Origin: Octopus sinensis
Lineage: Eukaryota
Direction of reading: 5' to 3'
NCBI RefSeq assembly: GCF_006345805.1
Contig: NC_043001.1
Location: 45,756,001 to 45,820,000 of the forward strand
DNA: 64,000 nt
Shown piece by piece: positions 47,901 through 55,500 of this stretch. Made by a program: the position numbers and the translations under genes. Under the pieces are notes generated by a model. That model was not told the origin of the DNA. It worked only from the letters and a program-made list of their open reading frames with translations, and did no database searches. Numbering within the stretch: the first letter of the stretch is position 1; every line of letters begins with the position of its first letter.

Positions 47901-49312
47901 GCATGGTTCAGAATGATTGATTTCCTACACATATGTCATGAGAGCATGCAGATGGACCAATGTACTGGTAACTTATAGTCTACTGGCACTGCTTTATGGT
48001 CATCAAGAAGAAACTTAATGCTCAAGACTGCCTAACTATAAACAGTTCCATAGTAAAATCACTGTTCACTGCAGTAACTGACAGAAGGGTCACAGTATAA
48101 GGGATTTAACAAGTTTACTGTTAAATTACAGTGCTCAGTACAAACCTTCAAAGTTCAATAAAGATGATAAATCTATCCTGGTTGGGTAAATAACTATTTC
48201 CATGTAAATATGGATAATCACAGGAACACAGTGCCATTTTTTCATAAAAGTGCCCATGTGGTGCCACATATAAGCACCTGTGCAGTGCCATGTAAAAGCA
48301 CCCAGCACACTCTGTAAAGTATTTTGCATTAGGAAACCATGCCAAATCAGACTGGAGTTCAGTGCAGCTCCCCAGCTTGCCAGGTTTCATCAGACTGTCC
48401 AACCCATGCCAGCATGGACAACAGATGTTTGATGATGATGATGATGATATTCTAAAATAAAAGCTGTTTGATATCATTTTTTCCATTCAAGCCCAAGAAG
48501 GATGTTTTTGTTATTGGAGCAATTATATTTTTACAGATTGATATCCTTTCTATAACCAAACCATGAATTAGAACAAAAGCAGGTTTGATGCTGGTCAAGC
48601 AAACTGGCGCAAGCAGTATTATATACCAGTTTCAGACACATGAAATGGCTGTAGTAAAATTTAAATCACCTACTGCATGATGAGAAATAGTTGAACACTA
48701 TTGTGTTACAACCATTGTATTTCATGTGGTGTTTATTTCAAATACTGATTTCTTCCACAGGCTTCAAGACCTCAAGTTGGGGAATGAGTATAGTCAGTTA
48801 TATTAATATTGACCCTAGTACTGAACTAGTAGTTTTATTTTATCAATCATGGAAAGATAAAAAGGTAAAGAAAACTTTCAGCAGGAATCAAAATAAGAAT
48901 TACAAGAGGGTCACAACTAAATATTGCAAGGCATTTTTGCTAATTAAACTGTCAATATTCCTTTTAGATATCCAAGAGATATAATTAAAAACAGGAGACA
49001 GTGAGTGAGTGAGTGGGAGAACAAATTCAATGATATGGTTAGAAAAAAAGAAAACAATTAAATACTCTTACCTAGTCTGGTTCTAGATTTGTTGTGTCCC
49101 AACTGACTGTAGTCATTGTTACCACAGGAGTAGGTTTCACCACTTTCTAGGGCAATTAAAGTGTGGTGTTGACCACAAGCAATGCTCACAATAATATTGT
49201 TTATGTCATCAGAGTACAGTTGTTTAGGACTTGCTACTATGTTGACATCATCAGCTCCAATGCCCAATTGTCCATCTTGAGAGTTACCCCAACAGAACAC
49301 TACATTGGACAT
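331..49312 (-). CDS. HERC4: HERC4-like (small HERC3/4 family) RCC1-repeat HECT E3 ubiquitin ligase; spliced gene, 20 coding exons in window, 3' end beyond left edge
   Basis: Manually joined exons sum to 2373 nt (791 aa) with all phases matching and all introns GT-AG. The N-terminal part has RCC1 repeats (WGxNxxGQLG, xACGxxHT). It is followed by SSASCLNGSF, EALRLYLILPE, NPCLMLLVQRDNI, KKPLKVIFAGEEAVDEGGVTKEFFLLIMREIL and YGMFKYYEESRLMWF, colinear with vertebrate HERC4 as I recall it. HERC3 versus HERC4 orthology cannot be resolved without a tree. Confidence 0.93.
1349..1396 (-). CDS. HERC4: HERC4-like exon 19 (48 nt, HECT N-terminal motif)
   Basis: Acceptor CTGTTCAG|; VIFAGEEAVDEGGVTK; donor AAG|GTAGAT. 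Confidence 0.92.
1596..1760 (-). CDS. HERC4: HERC4-like exon 18 (165 nt, phase 0 to 0)
   Basis: Acceptor ATTTTCAG|; YAIGEVAFLNTTTFSNAFGQINPCLMLLVQRDNIMQNTLDQLNKRSPADLKKPLK; donor |GTAAGA. Confidence 0.92.
2229..2321 (-). CDS. HERC4: HERC4-like exon 17 (93 nt, phase 0 to 0)
   Basis: Acceptor CATTTCAG|; SETLLFCDYAFLFDAATKYVLLKTDNYLQMR; donor CGG|GTAAGC. Confidence 0.9.
3314..3442 (-). CDS. HERC4: HERC4-like exon 16 (129 nt, phase 0 to 0)
   Basis: Acceptor GTTTCAG|; VNESNGQIIPYHQFYVPEVKEAVNIRQDYIAWIQKTSNMEMSE; donor GAG|GTAAGC. Confidence 0.92.
3531..3912 (-). mobile_element. tRNA-derived SINE family 1 with internal (CA)/(TA) microsatellite, near full length
   Basis: Head GCAGGAGTGGCTGTGTGGTTAGTAG, B box GGGTTCAGTCCC, tail GACTGAAAG-AT-rich. 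Further copies near 39920-40080(-), 41935-42270(-), 46184-46562(-), 55715-56005(-), 58335-58625(-), 38248-38378(+), 47456-47620(+) and 60674-60900(+). Confidence 0.85.
4288..4347 (-). CDS. HERC4: HERC4-like exon 15 (60 nt, phase 0 to 0)
   Basis: Acceptor TGTTTACCAG|; QQIKKRTVLVSMEVLKKLNS; donor TCG|GTGAGT. Confidence 0.82.
4867..4926 (-). CDS. HERC4: HERC4-like exon 14 (60 nt, phase 0 to 0)
   Basis: Acceptor TTCTTTCAG|; VYKQCLSYIFSSPLATRESD; donor |GTAAGT. Confidence 0.8.
6072..6121 (-). CDS. HERC4: HERC4-like exon 13 (50 nt, phase 1 to 0)
   Basis: Acceptor ACTTTCAG|; (E)SWWAMLESKYFSRIVY; donor |GTAAGT. Confidence 0.88.
7407..7596 (-). CDS. HERC4: HERC4-like exon 12 (190 nt, phase 0 to 1)
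   Basis: Acceptor TATTCTCAG|; ILDHLVNNLISQLPKSPPHMEALRLYLILPEMSF...ITPFGLKLIQLDRAALRVL; donor G|GTTAGT. Confidence 0.9.
7897..8002 (-). CDS. HERC4: HERC4-like exon 11 (106 nt, phase 2 to 0)
   Basis: Acceptor T-run-CTCCTGCAG|; (N)DHVHCNIKNSGVDMKRVRQHVSELAQLDNKQLVNR; donor |GTAAGT. Confidence 0.88.
9000..9205 (-). pseudogene. C-terminal relic of a restriction-like-endonuclease (R4/Dong-type) non-LTR retrotransposon
   Basis: Three frames join to IEKIEKYQNLTKEM / VNIVPIVIG / LYSAKILRK, the EKxxKY...VPIVIG...AxILRK terminal signature of REL elements. Confidence 0.55.
10219..10275 (-). CDS. HERC4: HERC4-like exon 10 (57 nt, phase 2 to 2)
   Basis: Acceptor GTCTTTAACAG|; (E)RVEKVFSSASCLNGSFLH; donor AA|GTGAGT. 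Confidence 0.9.
   Translation of the reverse strand, partial: KSRKSILLCFLFKWIILT
11241..11394. mobile_element. piggyBac-type MITE (TTAA TSD)
   Basis: TTAA-CCCTTTAGCATTCAG ... AATGCTGAAAGG-TTAA; same family at 21084-21296 and 54792-55021. Confidence 0.75.
11834..11961 (-). CDS. HERC4: HERC4-like exon 9 (128 nt, phase 0 to 2)
   Basis: Acceptor CTTGTCCCAG|; ENVAAEDFRESICEQKPLTCTQALFEEMYSISEDEQPSQDLL; donor GA|GTTAGT. Confidence 0.85.
12746..13007 (-). CDS. HERC4: HERC4-like exon 8 (262 nt, phase 2 to 0)
   Basis: Acceptor TTTTGACAG|; (R)NHTLAYASTSSKLYAFGLGGSGQLGLGTTNNRSNPF...SVKRVYSGGDHCLVVCSPVQ; donor CAG|GTGAGT. Confidence 0.93.
13860..14900 (-). pseudogene. Helitron RepHel fragment (PIF1-family helicase N-half), frameshifted with stops
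   Basis: EACFKLGLLANDQQWEATLEEAS...LRCLFAIIL; GGLYFLDAPGDTGKTF (motif I); ATSGIAATLLPRGRTAHSTF; LTVWDECTM (motif II); LLSRDFRQTLPVVPRG (motif III). Confidence 0.9.
15158..15330. repeat. About 3 copies of a 60-bp tandem repeat in the Helitron 5' region
   Basis: TAGTTTCACTTTGCAGGACAAACAGAGA(T/C)AAAATC...GAAGTAGCATGG recurs at an exact 60-nt period; a diverged fourth partial copy lies near 15364-15417. Confidence 0.9.
15991..16121 (-). CDS. HERC4: HERC4-like exon 7 (131 nt, phase 0 to 2)
   Basis: Acceptor CTTTTCAG|; EGGVYTFGAGGYGQLGHGTTHSEIMPKMVMELMGTTITQIACG; donor AG|GTAAAA. Confidence 0.93.
17236..17327 (-). CDS. HERC4: HERC4-like exon 6 (92 nt, phase 1 to 0)
   Basis: Acceptor TTGTTGTAG|; (D)RSSPTFCKPLKYQRLKYISCGENHTAALTQ; donor CAG|GTAAAT. 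Confidence 0.9.
17417..17448 (-). CDS. HERC4: HERC4-like exon 5 (32-nt micro-exon, phase 2 to 1)
   Basis: Acceptor CTTTTCAG|; (S)FGQLGLNDEI; donor G|GTAAGT. Confidence 0.9.
17775..19743 (+). mobile_element. 5'-truncated RTE-clade LINE (RT domain plus 3' UTR with (GAT)n tail) in intron 4
   Basis: PSGITAEMLK, KGKGDILDRNNYRDIK, FGFVPGKSITDAIFLVRQLQEK, DMEKAFDRVP, GVHQGSVLSSFLFIIVL, LLYADDLAL, GTCGRGRPRKTW; several frameshifts and stops; ends AAATGATGATGAT. Confidence 0.93.
19746..19960 (+). mobile_element. mariner-derived MITE (about 215 bp) with imperfect TIRs and TA TSD
   Basis: TA|TGAGAGGGTGCTGATAAGTTCCTGGCTTT ... AAAATCAGGAACTTTTCAGTACACCCTTG|TA; the interior retains mariner C-terminal codons (QGLEKLKDH...EYVE*). 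Confidence 0.75.
20282..20471 (-). CDS. HERC4: HERC4-like exon 4 (190 nt, phase 1 to 2)
   Basis: Acceptor TTTTCTGTAAAG| (AAG type); (I)GDVWCWGANNHGQLGVG...[31 protein letters not shown]; donor AG|GTGAGT. Confidence 0.92.
21084..21296. mobile_element. piggyBac-type MITE (TTAA TSD)
   Basis: TTAA-ACCTTTGGCATT ... AATGCTAGAGGG-TTAA; interior homologous to 11241-11394. Confidence 0.75.
21489..21713. mobile_element. Penelope-like (PLE) inverted-repeat insertion with hammerhead-ribozyme relics and a perfect 13-bp TSD
   Basis: TSD TTTTCTATCCTCT at 21476-21488 and 21714-21726. Arms of about 85 nt carry CTGATGA-A-GGCTG-N10-CAGCT-GAAA on both strands. Confidence 0.8.
22215..22730. mobile_element. Head-to-head palindrome of a tRNA-headed, (AAT)n-containing, hammerhead-bearing PLE-like element
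   Basis: Arms 22215-22453 and 22460-22698 (about 239 nt each, 6-nt spacer). Each has A box TGGCGTAGTGG (TGACGTTGTGG in the left arm), B box GTTCGATTCC, (AAT)n and GACAC-CTGATGA...CAGCC...GTGTT. Same 3' tail as 21489-21713. Confidence 0.85.
23573..23911 (+). mobile_element. SINE family 1 copy
   Basis: GGCTGTATGGTAAGAAGCTTGC...GGGTTCAAATCCC...GGCCACAGTCAAATGACTGAAATAAGTAAAAG. Confidence 0.85.
24060..24136 (-). CDS. HERC4: HERC4-like exon 3 (77 nt, phase 2 to 1)
   Basis: Acceptor TTTCAG|; (K)LVKELALHTVIQITCGAYHCIALTD; donor A|GTAAGT. Not in the ORF track; found by reading the minus strand. Confidence 0.9.
24485..25336 (+). mobile_element. RTE LINE 3' fragment (C-terminal ORF plus 3' UTR)
   Basis: Colinear with 18860-19743 (GTGAAAGGCAGACTGTATGAT, AGAGGTAGACCCAGGAAGACATGGGA); ends ATGATGATGAT. 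Confidence 0.85.
26667..27119. mobile_element. Long inverted repeat (about 165-nt arms, about 125-nt spacer) carrying a second hammerhead-ribozyme family
   Basis: Arms 26667-26832 and 26956-27119 are reverse complements at roughly 85% by eye. Combined motif CCAGA-CTGATGA-T-GAG-CAATGA-CTC-T-GAAACTAGTC-TCTGG. Confidence 0.8.
27125..27636 (+). mobile_element. RTE 3'-UTR-only retroposon with (GAT)n tail
   Basis: GAGTGGTTGGCATTAGGAAGGGCATC...CCAACCCATGCCAGCATGGAAAG...GATGATGAT. Same family near 5289-5420(-), 10770-10950(+), 25385-25700(-), 28230-28555(+), 41587-41826(-), 43910-44112(+), 48250-48449(+), 54195-54346(+) and 56550-56727(+). Confidence 0.85.
29585..30735 (+). mobile_element. Older, diverged RTE LINE fragment (RT palm to C-terminus)
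   Basis: GACCTGAAGAATGCT...GTGATCTGGTGGTCT, TATATGCTGA (YAD), CATGGTAGTGAAACATGGGCC; homologous by eye to 18110-19290. Confidence 0.75.
31902..32067 (-). CDS. HERC4: HERC4-like exon 2 (166 nt, phase 1 to 2)
   Basis: Acceptor TTTACAG|; (V)HVAALKNLHVNRVAIGVYHSLVLHTGGEVYSWGDNSRGQLGR...WWRIP; donor AA|GTAAGT. Confidence 0.92.
32331..32711 (-). mobile_element. SINE family 1 copy
   Basis: Colinear with 3531-3912. Confidence 0.85.
34076..34700. mobile_element. hAT-type MITE with near-perfect 8-bp TSD, interrupted by a nested palindrome
   Basis: Ends CAGTGTTTTTCAAC ... GGCTGAGAAATGCTG; internal GGAACCCC and GCAGAACCCC; TSD AACTAAAC (34068-34075) / AACCAAAC (34701-34708). Confidence 0.75.
34228..34590. 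mobile_element. Nested palindromic element with tRNA-Thr(UGU)-like head ending in CCA
   Basis: 79-nt arms 34228-34306 / 34441-34519 (3 mismatches), inner arms 34310-34333 / 34402-34425, tRNA-like 34346-34423; flanked by TA microsatellites. Confidence 0.8.
35126..35535 (-). mobile_element. SINE family 1 copy (CpG-rich, young-looking)
   Basis: Colinear with 3531-3912; retains many CpGs; oligo-T tail on plus strand. Confidence 0.88.
41587..41826 (-). mobile_element. RTE 3'-UTR retroposon, young CpG-rich copy
   Basis: (ATC)n then GTTTAACGTCCGTTTTCCGTGCTAGCACGGGTTGGACGG...GGATGCCCTTCCTAACGCCAACCACTCC. Confidence 0.85.
47087..47348. repeat. Foldback/MITE-like element with perfect internal inverted repeats
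   Basis: 27-bp perfect IR 47117-47143 / 47296-47322; 21-bp perfect IR 47152-47172 / 47259-47279; 7-bp hairpin 47240-47256. Confidence 0.8.
49072..49312 (-). CDS. HERC4: HERC4-like coding exon 1 (241 nt, ends phase 1)
   Basis: ATG at 49312; MSNVVFCWGNSQDGQLGIG...ACGQHHTLIALESGETYSCGNNDYSQLGHNKSRTRL; donor G|GTAAGA. Confidence 0.93.
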
Positions 49313-49317
49313 AGTGG

Positions 49318-49345
49318 GCTACAGGGCAGGAAAAAAAAAAGCCAC
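49318..49345 (-). promoter_or_regulatory. 3' splice acceptor of a 5'-UTR intron, 6 nt upstream of the HERC4-like ATG
   Basis: Minus strand reads T-run-CCTGCCCTGTAG|CCCACT-ATG (AG at 49320-49319). Confidence 0.7.
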
Positions 49346-51389
49346 TGGCCAAAGACAATGAATTACTTCATTCAGCCAGAACTGTATTTTGCTTCAATTC
49401 AGGTTATATCTTGCTTTTAGGAAATTTGCTTCCAAGATTGACAGCTGCAAATAGTAAACAGAAAAATTATTAAATGAAAGCATTTAAACAATATATGAGA
49501 AAAGTCTCAAAGATAAATAAGTAAACAACAAAAGTAGGACAGTTACTTGGCTTAAAGAAACTAGTGTTGATCAGAAGATGGGTAGTGACAATGACCCACA
49601 CAGGTCCACTCAAACTAATGAGGTTGATGTGGTTCGTTAAGCATGAAAACATCGGCAAGAAAACCACAGGTAGGGAGAACGTAGCCAAAGATATCCAGGA
49701 GCCATGTGATGGTATTAACCTAGGCCTACAAAACTTTGTTGACTGAATCAGTAAATAGTTCAAAGTACTTCTGAAATCATTACTGCTGAACATCAATTTT
49801 TCCACCTTTAGAAGTTCTTTTGTTGTTGTTTTTTTTTTTGGAGTGTGGAGGGGAGAAGAGTAGAAACTTATATAAGCAAGCCAGTCAAATGCAGCCTGTA
49901 AAATTATCACCTATGTACAAGTAAGCCAATCAAATGCTGCTTGTAAATTAGCAAAGCAATCTACAAGCTGACACTTCAGGGACAGCTTTCTATTGACATT
50001 ATTTTCTGAATTAGATTTAACAGCCTGGTTGCCTCCCTATTGCAGCAAGTATCAAATGAACCAAATACTGAACAAGTTAACAAGGTCAATGATCCAACGT
50101 AAAGTGTGAATATGTTCTGGATAATCTTTGTTTTTCCTACCACCTTGAGCTTCTGCAATTAGGTGCAGACCAACTTGATTATTGAGGCATGAAAGACATC
50201 ACCTTGATGCTGGTGTCTTCCATGTCAACTGACACTACCCTTGTATGTTATGTGGCAAACAAGGCTGTGCATAGGCAAAAGCTCTTCTTTGCATAAGGAG
50301 AAGGGTAATATGTTCAGTGCCATATTATATTAACAATTCTGGAGCAATAAAAGAGTGAAACCTTGAGGTAGTTGAAATAACAATGGTAGAGAATGATACA
50401 ATGAAAAAAAAATGACTATTGATCAACATGGATGTAGGGAAACACAAACAAAAACTGAAGAAACGAAAATGTATATAATGCAGAAAAACAGAGAATACGC
50501 ATGTGTATGTGTGTAAATGCAAGAGAAGGTATGAAATAAAAGGAAAAGGAGAGAGAGAGAGCATGCAAAGACAGCACAGAAAACAGGCATAAATGAAAAC
50601 AAAATAAGTGGGAAATGTGAAGGAAGAAAGGGAAAGGCAGATAGAATTAGTATTAGGAAAATCACACAATATCTGTATGTATGTATGTGTGTGTGTGTGT
50701 GCACGCGTATACATGTGTAAGAGCGAAGGGGAGGAAGAAAGAAAGGTACATTAAAGTAAGAAAGTAAGTCAGAATGGGGGAGAGGGAGAGGCACATTAAA
50801 GTAAGAAAGAAAGGGTGAACAGGAGAGGGAGAGAAAATAAATGGGAGGTGGGGAGGAAATCAATGACAATCTGTAAAGAAAGAAATATTTCCACCAATTA
50901 AGAATGAAACAATGGGTTCCAGCAAATAGATTTGACTGGAATCTGTAGATCTTATTGTTCTCAATGTTGTTGTTGTTGTCGTTGTTTTAGTATACACTTT
51001 GTTGTTGTTCTGCACATTGTTTCCTTAATGTTTGTTTTCTTGATTTCTATTTTTTTAACTTGTACATTTTCCCTATTTGCTTCTCTTTTTTTTTTTTTTT
51101 GCTTTTTTCAAAAAAAAAAATTAACCATTTATGGTTGTCTTTTTTTCTTCATTGTTTTTGTACATCTGGGAGAGAGAGAGAATGCCAATGTTTGCTTGCT
51201 TGCTTGTGTGTGTGTGACATATGTATATAAACATATATTTGTATACTCACATGCCTACACACACACACACATACACAGAGAAATAAAACACAAAAATAGA
51301 AAAATATACTTCAGAATGGAGAAAATTGGTGGAGGAGGGATGAACCAGTACTGGGTGATAGAGGCAATCAACTGTGAAAAGTATGTCAA

Positions 51390-51391
51390 AG

Positions 51392-51428
<37 letters not shown>

Positions 51429-51696
51429 TGCAGCAAAGGAAGGAAGGAAGGAGGGAGGGAGGGAAAGGGAGGGACATACAACAGCAGTCTGCCATTGCTG
51501 CACAACATCGGTATATAATGCATTTATCAATTTTATTCAGTATATACAAAACAACACACACATATCTACACAAACAACTGTATCAACACACAAATTATAG
51601 TTACATTGTGGCAGTCATGGTAGAAATTGACAACACACATACACTGTCATATTTACTGTCACTTCATTATTATATTGTAATGATACATAAATATAT

Positions 51697-51740
<44 letters not shown>
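51390..51740. repeat. Microsatellite cluster: (AG)n, (GGAA/GGGA)n, (TA)n
   Basis: Read directly. Other long (TA)n tracts near 34595-34632, 41876-41927 and 54150-54176. Confidence 0.9.
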
Positions 51741-51744
<4 letters not shown>

Positions 51745-53043
51745 GTACTTGATATAAAGTTTTTCATGATATATCCATGATCTGGTCACTGACAATGTCT
51801 AAGTAGTGAACATGTACATACAAACATGCATACACATGTACTAACATGTATGTGCATGTACATGCATGAGCATATACACCTACATACACATACCCATATA
51901 CATACATACGTACAGATGTATGTAGTCCAAAATAAGAAAAAACATGAAGACTAAGTGAAAACAATAAACAGGGCGTGTTGGGTTTATGCACAGGAAAAAT
52001 GGAAGTCTTAATACTTCAAGCCGATGCCCTTCTTCAGAAAGGATAGATGAGAAGAGAAAAAGATGGAGAGAACAAAATGTGTGTGAACTAAAACAGCCAA
52101 GGTATCCTGAAAATATATGCATTTATGCACTATATACACATCTACGTACATATATAAGTAGAAAGACACAAACATTTTGTCCACTACTGAAGTCTGATAG
52201 TCATGTTTTAGATGACCTGAAAGTTTGCATACTGTGACAGCTGGATAATATCCAAAATCTGTTTAAATAAATATCTGAACAAACTCTACATCTTATTTGA
52301 GTACTATCTTATTTTGTTTACACCTAATATTTGTATGTGGATATGTAAATATCTATTTGTACATGAATATATATATATTGAGTGAATGAGGGTGTGGTAT
52401 TGAGAGAGGTGGCATTGTACCAAATATTGAGAAGCAACACTTGATATAAAACCGCCTTCCTCCATCGAGGGGTCTTGTCTTGTAAAGTACTTGGTGACCT
52501 CACTAGTATTGGTGCTATCAAAAATGCACCCAGTACATCCAATCATAAAAACCATTCAAAACAGACATTGGAGCTTGTTGCAGCCCTCTGGCTCATTGAA
52601 TCCTGCTGAATCGTCCAAACCATGCCAACAATGGAAAATGGATGCTAATGCTTTAGTATTTAAACTGGCCATATCCGGCCCAAATATTCTACTTATTTTA
52701 CATTCAAACTAACCAGATCTGGCCTCTAACACCATCCCCATAATATTCTTCTAAAAACTAGCAGTTACCTCATCAAAATCCCAAAGTTACAAGATAATGC
52801 AAAGATTAATTCAAAACATGCGAATAAATGATAACGATATATGGTAATGGTGCCAGTCATTTTACAATTGAATCCAAGAAGCTGTTTCCATTGGTTTTCC
52901 AAATTGCTGTAACTATGTGTCAGTTGCAATCACAACAAAAGTATTATTCTTTTTTGATGATGGGGCAAGATTTGAATTTTGAGTGCACAGAGCTGGAATA
53001 GACACCACAAGACCTCTTGTCTGGCACTCTACCACTGCCCTGG

Positions 53044-53400
53044 ACTTCATACTTAGGCCCTTTGCTTCCAATGGAGTGTAAGCCCCCAACAACTTTTATC
53101 AGGTTGTCTTTCCCTGTAAGAAGACCTCTATCTCCCAGGTCTTGTTGGTTTTGAATTGTCATCAATACTTCTGTAACTTTGCTTTCTAGGTAGAGGTGTT
53201 GGCCCTACACAAACCCATTTTTACCCCTGGAAAGGGGTGGTGGATATTAACCAGTCCTTTTTCTTTTGACCTGTCCAGCATGGGAAACACTACCAAGAGC
53301 ATGTGCTCAACTGGCATAGTTCTCAGGGTCATTGAAGCATACAAGTCACCACACCACAACAAGAACTGGTGGTGGACTGCCCTGGTACCCCAAGGATGAC
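53044..53400 (-). mobile_element. Bipartite non-autonomous RTE derivative (RTE 5' UTR fused to RTE 3' end)
   Basis: 5' part: TCAATGACCCTGAGAACTATG...TTCCCATGCTGGACAGGTCAAA...GTAGGGCCAACACCTCTACC (RTE/Rex3-type 5' UTR pattern). 3' part encodes KVVGGLHSIGSKGPK, resembling the RTE C-terminal VGGLCSxGS motif. Confidence 0.6.
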
Positions 53401-53865
53401 AGTAGAAGACTTGAAATTTGAATTCAGGATACATACAGAGAAATGGTGGATTTAGTTGGATATTATGCAATTTTGGTTTATGTTTTGATGTCAAAGTCTA
53501 GAAATATTATCTACTGTGACAACTGAAAGCTTTTTAGTTAAAAATGAAACAATTTTGTTTTTACTGATAGGTGAAAAAAACTCTTCAACAAAAAAAGAAA
53601 AAAAAGCCCGGTGAAGATAAATTAAATGAAGAGGGAGGAAAGTTCAGGACAGACATGAATATGAAAAATGAGAGCTAAAATTGCATCAAGACTTTAACTA
53701 ATCTCATAAGTAGTAAAAATAGAAGAGACCATTCCAATATGAACATGCAAAATTCTGTCACTGCAATAACCTAACAGTGTCTTTCTAAAACAGTTTATCA
53801 AGCTAAGCTTTCCTTAGCAGATAAAAAGTATTAAAACATGCATGCATGTGTGTGTGTGTTGTTAA

Positions 53866-54072
53866 ACTTGGAGATGGTCATATATTTTTGCCAATTAAAT
53901 ATATGCAGCTTTATTATTATTATTTTAGTTTCTTTGTCAAAATTCTTTTGTTACACACCTTGTGACCTCTTCAGCAACTCTCTATCCCCCGTCCCCTCCT
54001 GTTCAGCTTAAAGCTGAGGTGAAGACCAAATACATAGTGTGTTTAATTGGCAAAATATGACCATCCCCAAGT
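53866..54072. repeat. Inverted repeat (about 35-nt arms) enclosing a decayed hammerhead-like motif
   Basis: ACTTGGAGATGGTCATATATTTTTGCCAATTAAA versus TTTAATTGGCAAAATATGACCATCCCCAAGT. Between them the minus strand reads CTGAAGA-GGTCAC-AAGGT-GTGTAAC-AAAAG. Confidence 0.6.
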
Positions 54073-54791
54073 ATAACCATATCTGTTTCAACGCACAATT
54101 TCACATCAAGAATCTTGCAAAACAAATACATTAATGTGTGTGTGTGTATATGTATATATATATATATATATATATAAGTACCCAGTACAATCTATAAAGT
54201 AGATGGTGTTAAGAAGGGCATCCAGCTGTAGGAACTATGCCAAAACAGACATGGAGGCCTGAACAGCCCTTGAGCCAGTCAGCTTCTGTCAAGCCATTCA
54301 ACCCATGCAAGCATGGAAAACGAACGTTGAATGATGATGATGATGATATATATATATATATATATAAATTTATCTGAATTAAGTATCCAGATGATATGAT
54401 ACATAAGAAGGTTTTTACACCAGGTAATTTGAGTGTACAGGATATTGGTGACTATTTTTTTAGATTTGCCATTATACTTGCATCATACCTAGGAGTTCTT
54501 AATAGAACAATATACTATTTTCTATGTGGAAATAGATAAGAAAAGAACTGACCTATTTTATTTAATGATTATCATTGAAATATATTAACTGTCGCTGTGA
54601 GAGTCACTAGAATTAGAAAATGCAATTATGTAAGGGTGAGTGGCAGTGGTGTCAAAAGGTCTGTTAATTCTTGGCACAATAATGTGTTTTTTTCACAATG
54701 TTCACCATCTGTGACAAGGTTGCTTTGAATCATGCATTCATAAATATAGATTATTCAAGTTCTGGTTCAACACAAAGTTCATTAGCCTTGT

Positions 54792-55021
54792 TTAACTCTT
54801 TAGCATTTAAACTAGCCATATCTGGCCATGATATTCTATTTTGGCTTATGTTCAAACCAGCCAAATACAGTTTCTTACACCTGCACTACAATGTCATACT
54901 AAAATTAAACAATCCCATTTTCAAAATCTCAAAGCTACAAGATAATACATGACTAATTCAAAACAATGTGAATAAATATGCATTATATTTGACAAAACTA
55001 ATCTGAAAGCTAAAGAATTAA
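54792..55021. mobile_element. piggyBac-type MITE, opposite orientation
   Basis: TTAA-CTCTTTAGCATTTAAACTAGCCATATCTGG ... AATCTGAAAGCTAAAGAA-TTAA. Confidence 0.7.
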
Positions 55022-55471
55022 ATATCACAACAGCATGACAACTCATCACTTTTTCAAAGTCAGAGTAAATGGATGAGGGAGACTTTTGCAGATGATAGCA
55101 TATTCTTCCACTTAACAATCTAGGTTTTCTCTGTGCAATAGTGTCTCCATTAGTATGCACCAAATGTTTTTGTACATGTTGAGGTTCTCCAATTGTCACC
55201 TCTTTGTATTCATCCTGTATAGGAATTTATGAAAAGCAAACAAAATCCTTTTCAATAATATTTCTACTATCCTCTTCACTACACACAGTACAGGTGAAAT
55301 AAAATACACTGAAAGTACCATATTTGTTAGCGTATAAGACACATACCTTGTGTTTTTAAATATATAAAAAAATTGCTCTGTGCCTAGTGTGTCTGTAATA
55401 AGGATGAAAGACTGAATACCATACACTAGGGAGCCAGATGTGCATAAGTCCACTAGGTATAATAATAATTA

Positions 55472-55500
55472 CTAGCTGGACGCATGAAAAATTCACGGAA
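55472..55500 (-). mobile_element. Putative Helitron 3' terminus (solo or non-autonomous)
   Basis: Minus strand: hairpin CGTGAA-TTT-TTCATG, 7 nt, then CTAG|T; same layout as 13486-13514. No 5' end found. Confidence 0.4.

Noticed and set aside
49560-49750. Possible reverse-transcriptase relic (EPCDGI resembling PGPDGI)
   Set aside because: Only one short motif; I could not extend it in any frame.
49874-49950. 46-bp tandem duplication containing AGCCAATCA (NF-Y-like box) about 560 nt upstream of the ATG
   Set aside because: The acceptor before the ATG implies this is intronic; a single CCAAT box is not evidence of a promoter.
50932-51600. Longest ORF in the track (222 aa) and similar ones at 6919-7374 and 40871-41392
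   Set aside because: They are translations of microsatellites and low-complexity purine/pyrimidine tracts, with no domain, no ATG context and no splice logic.
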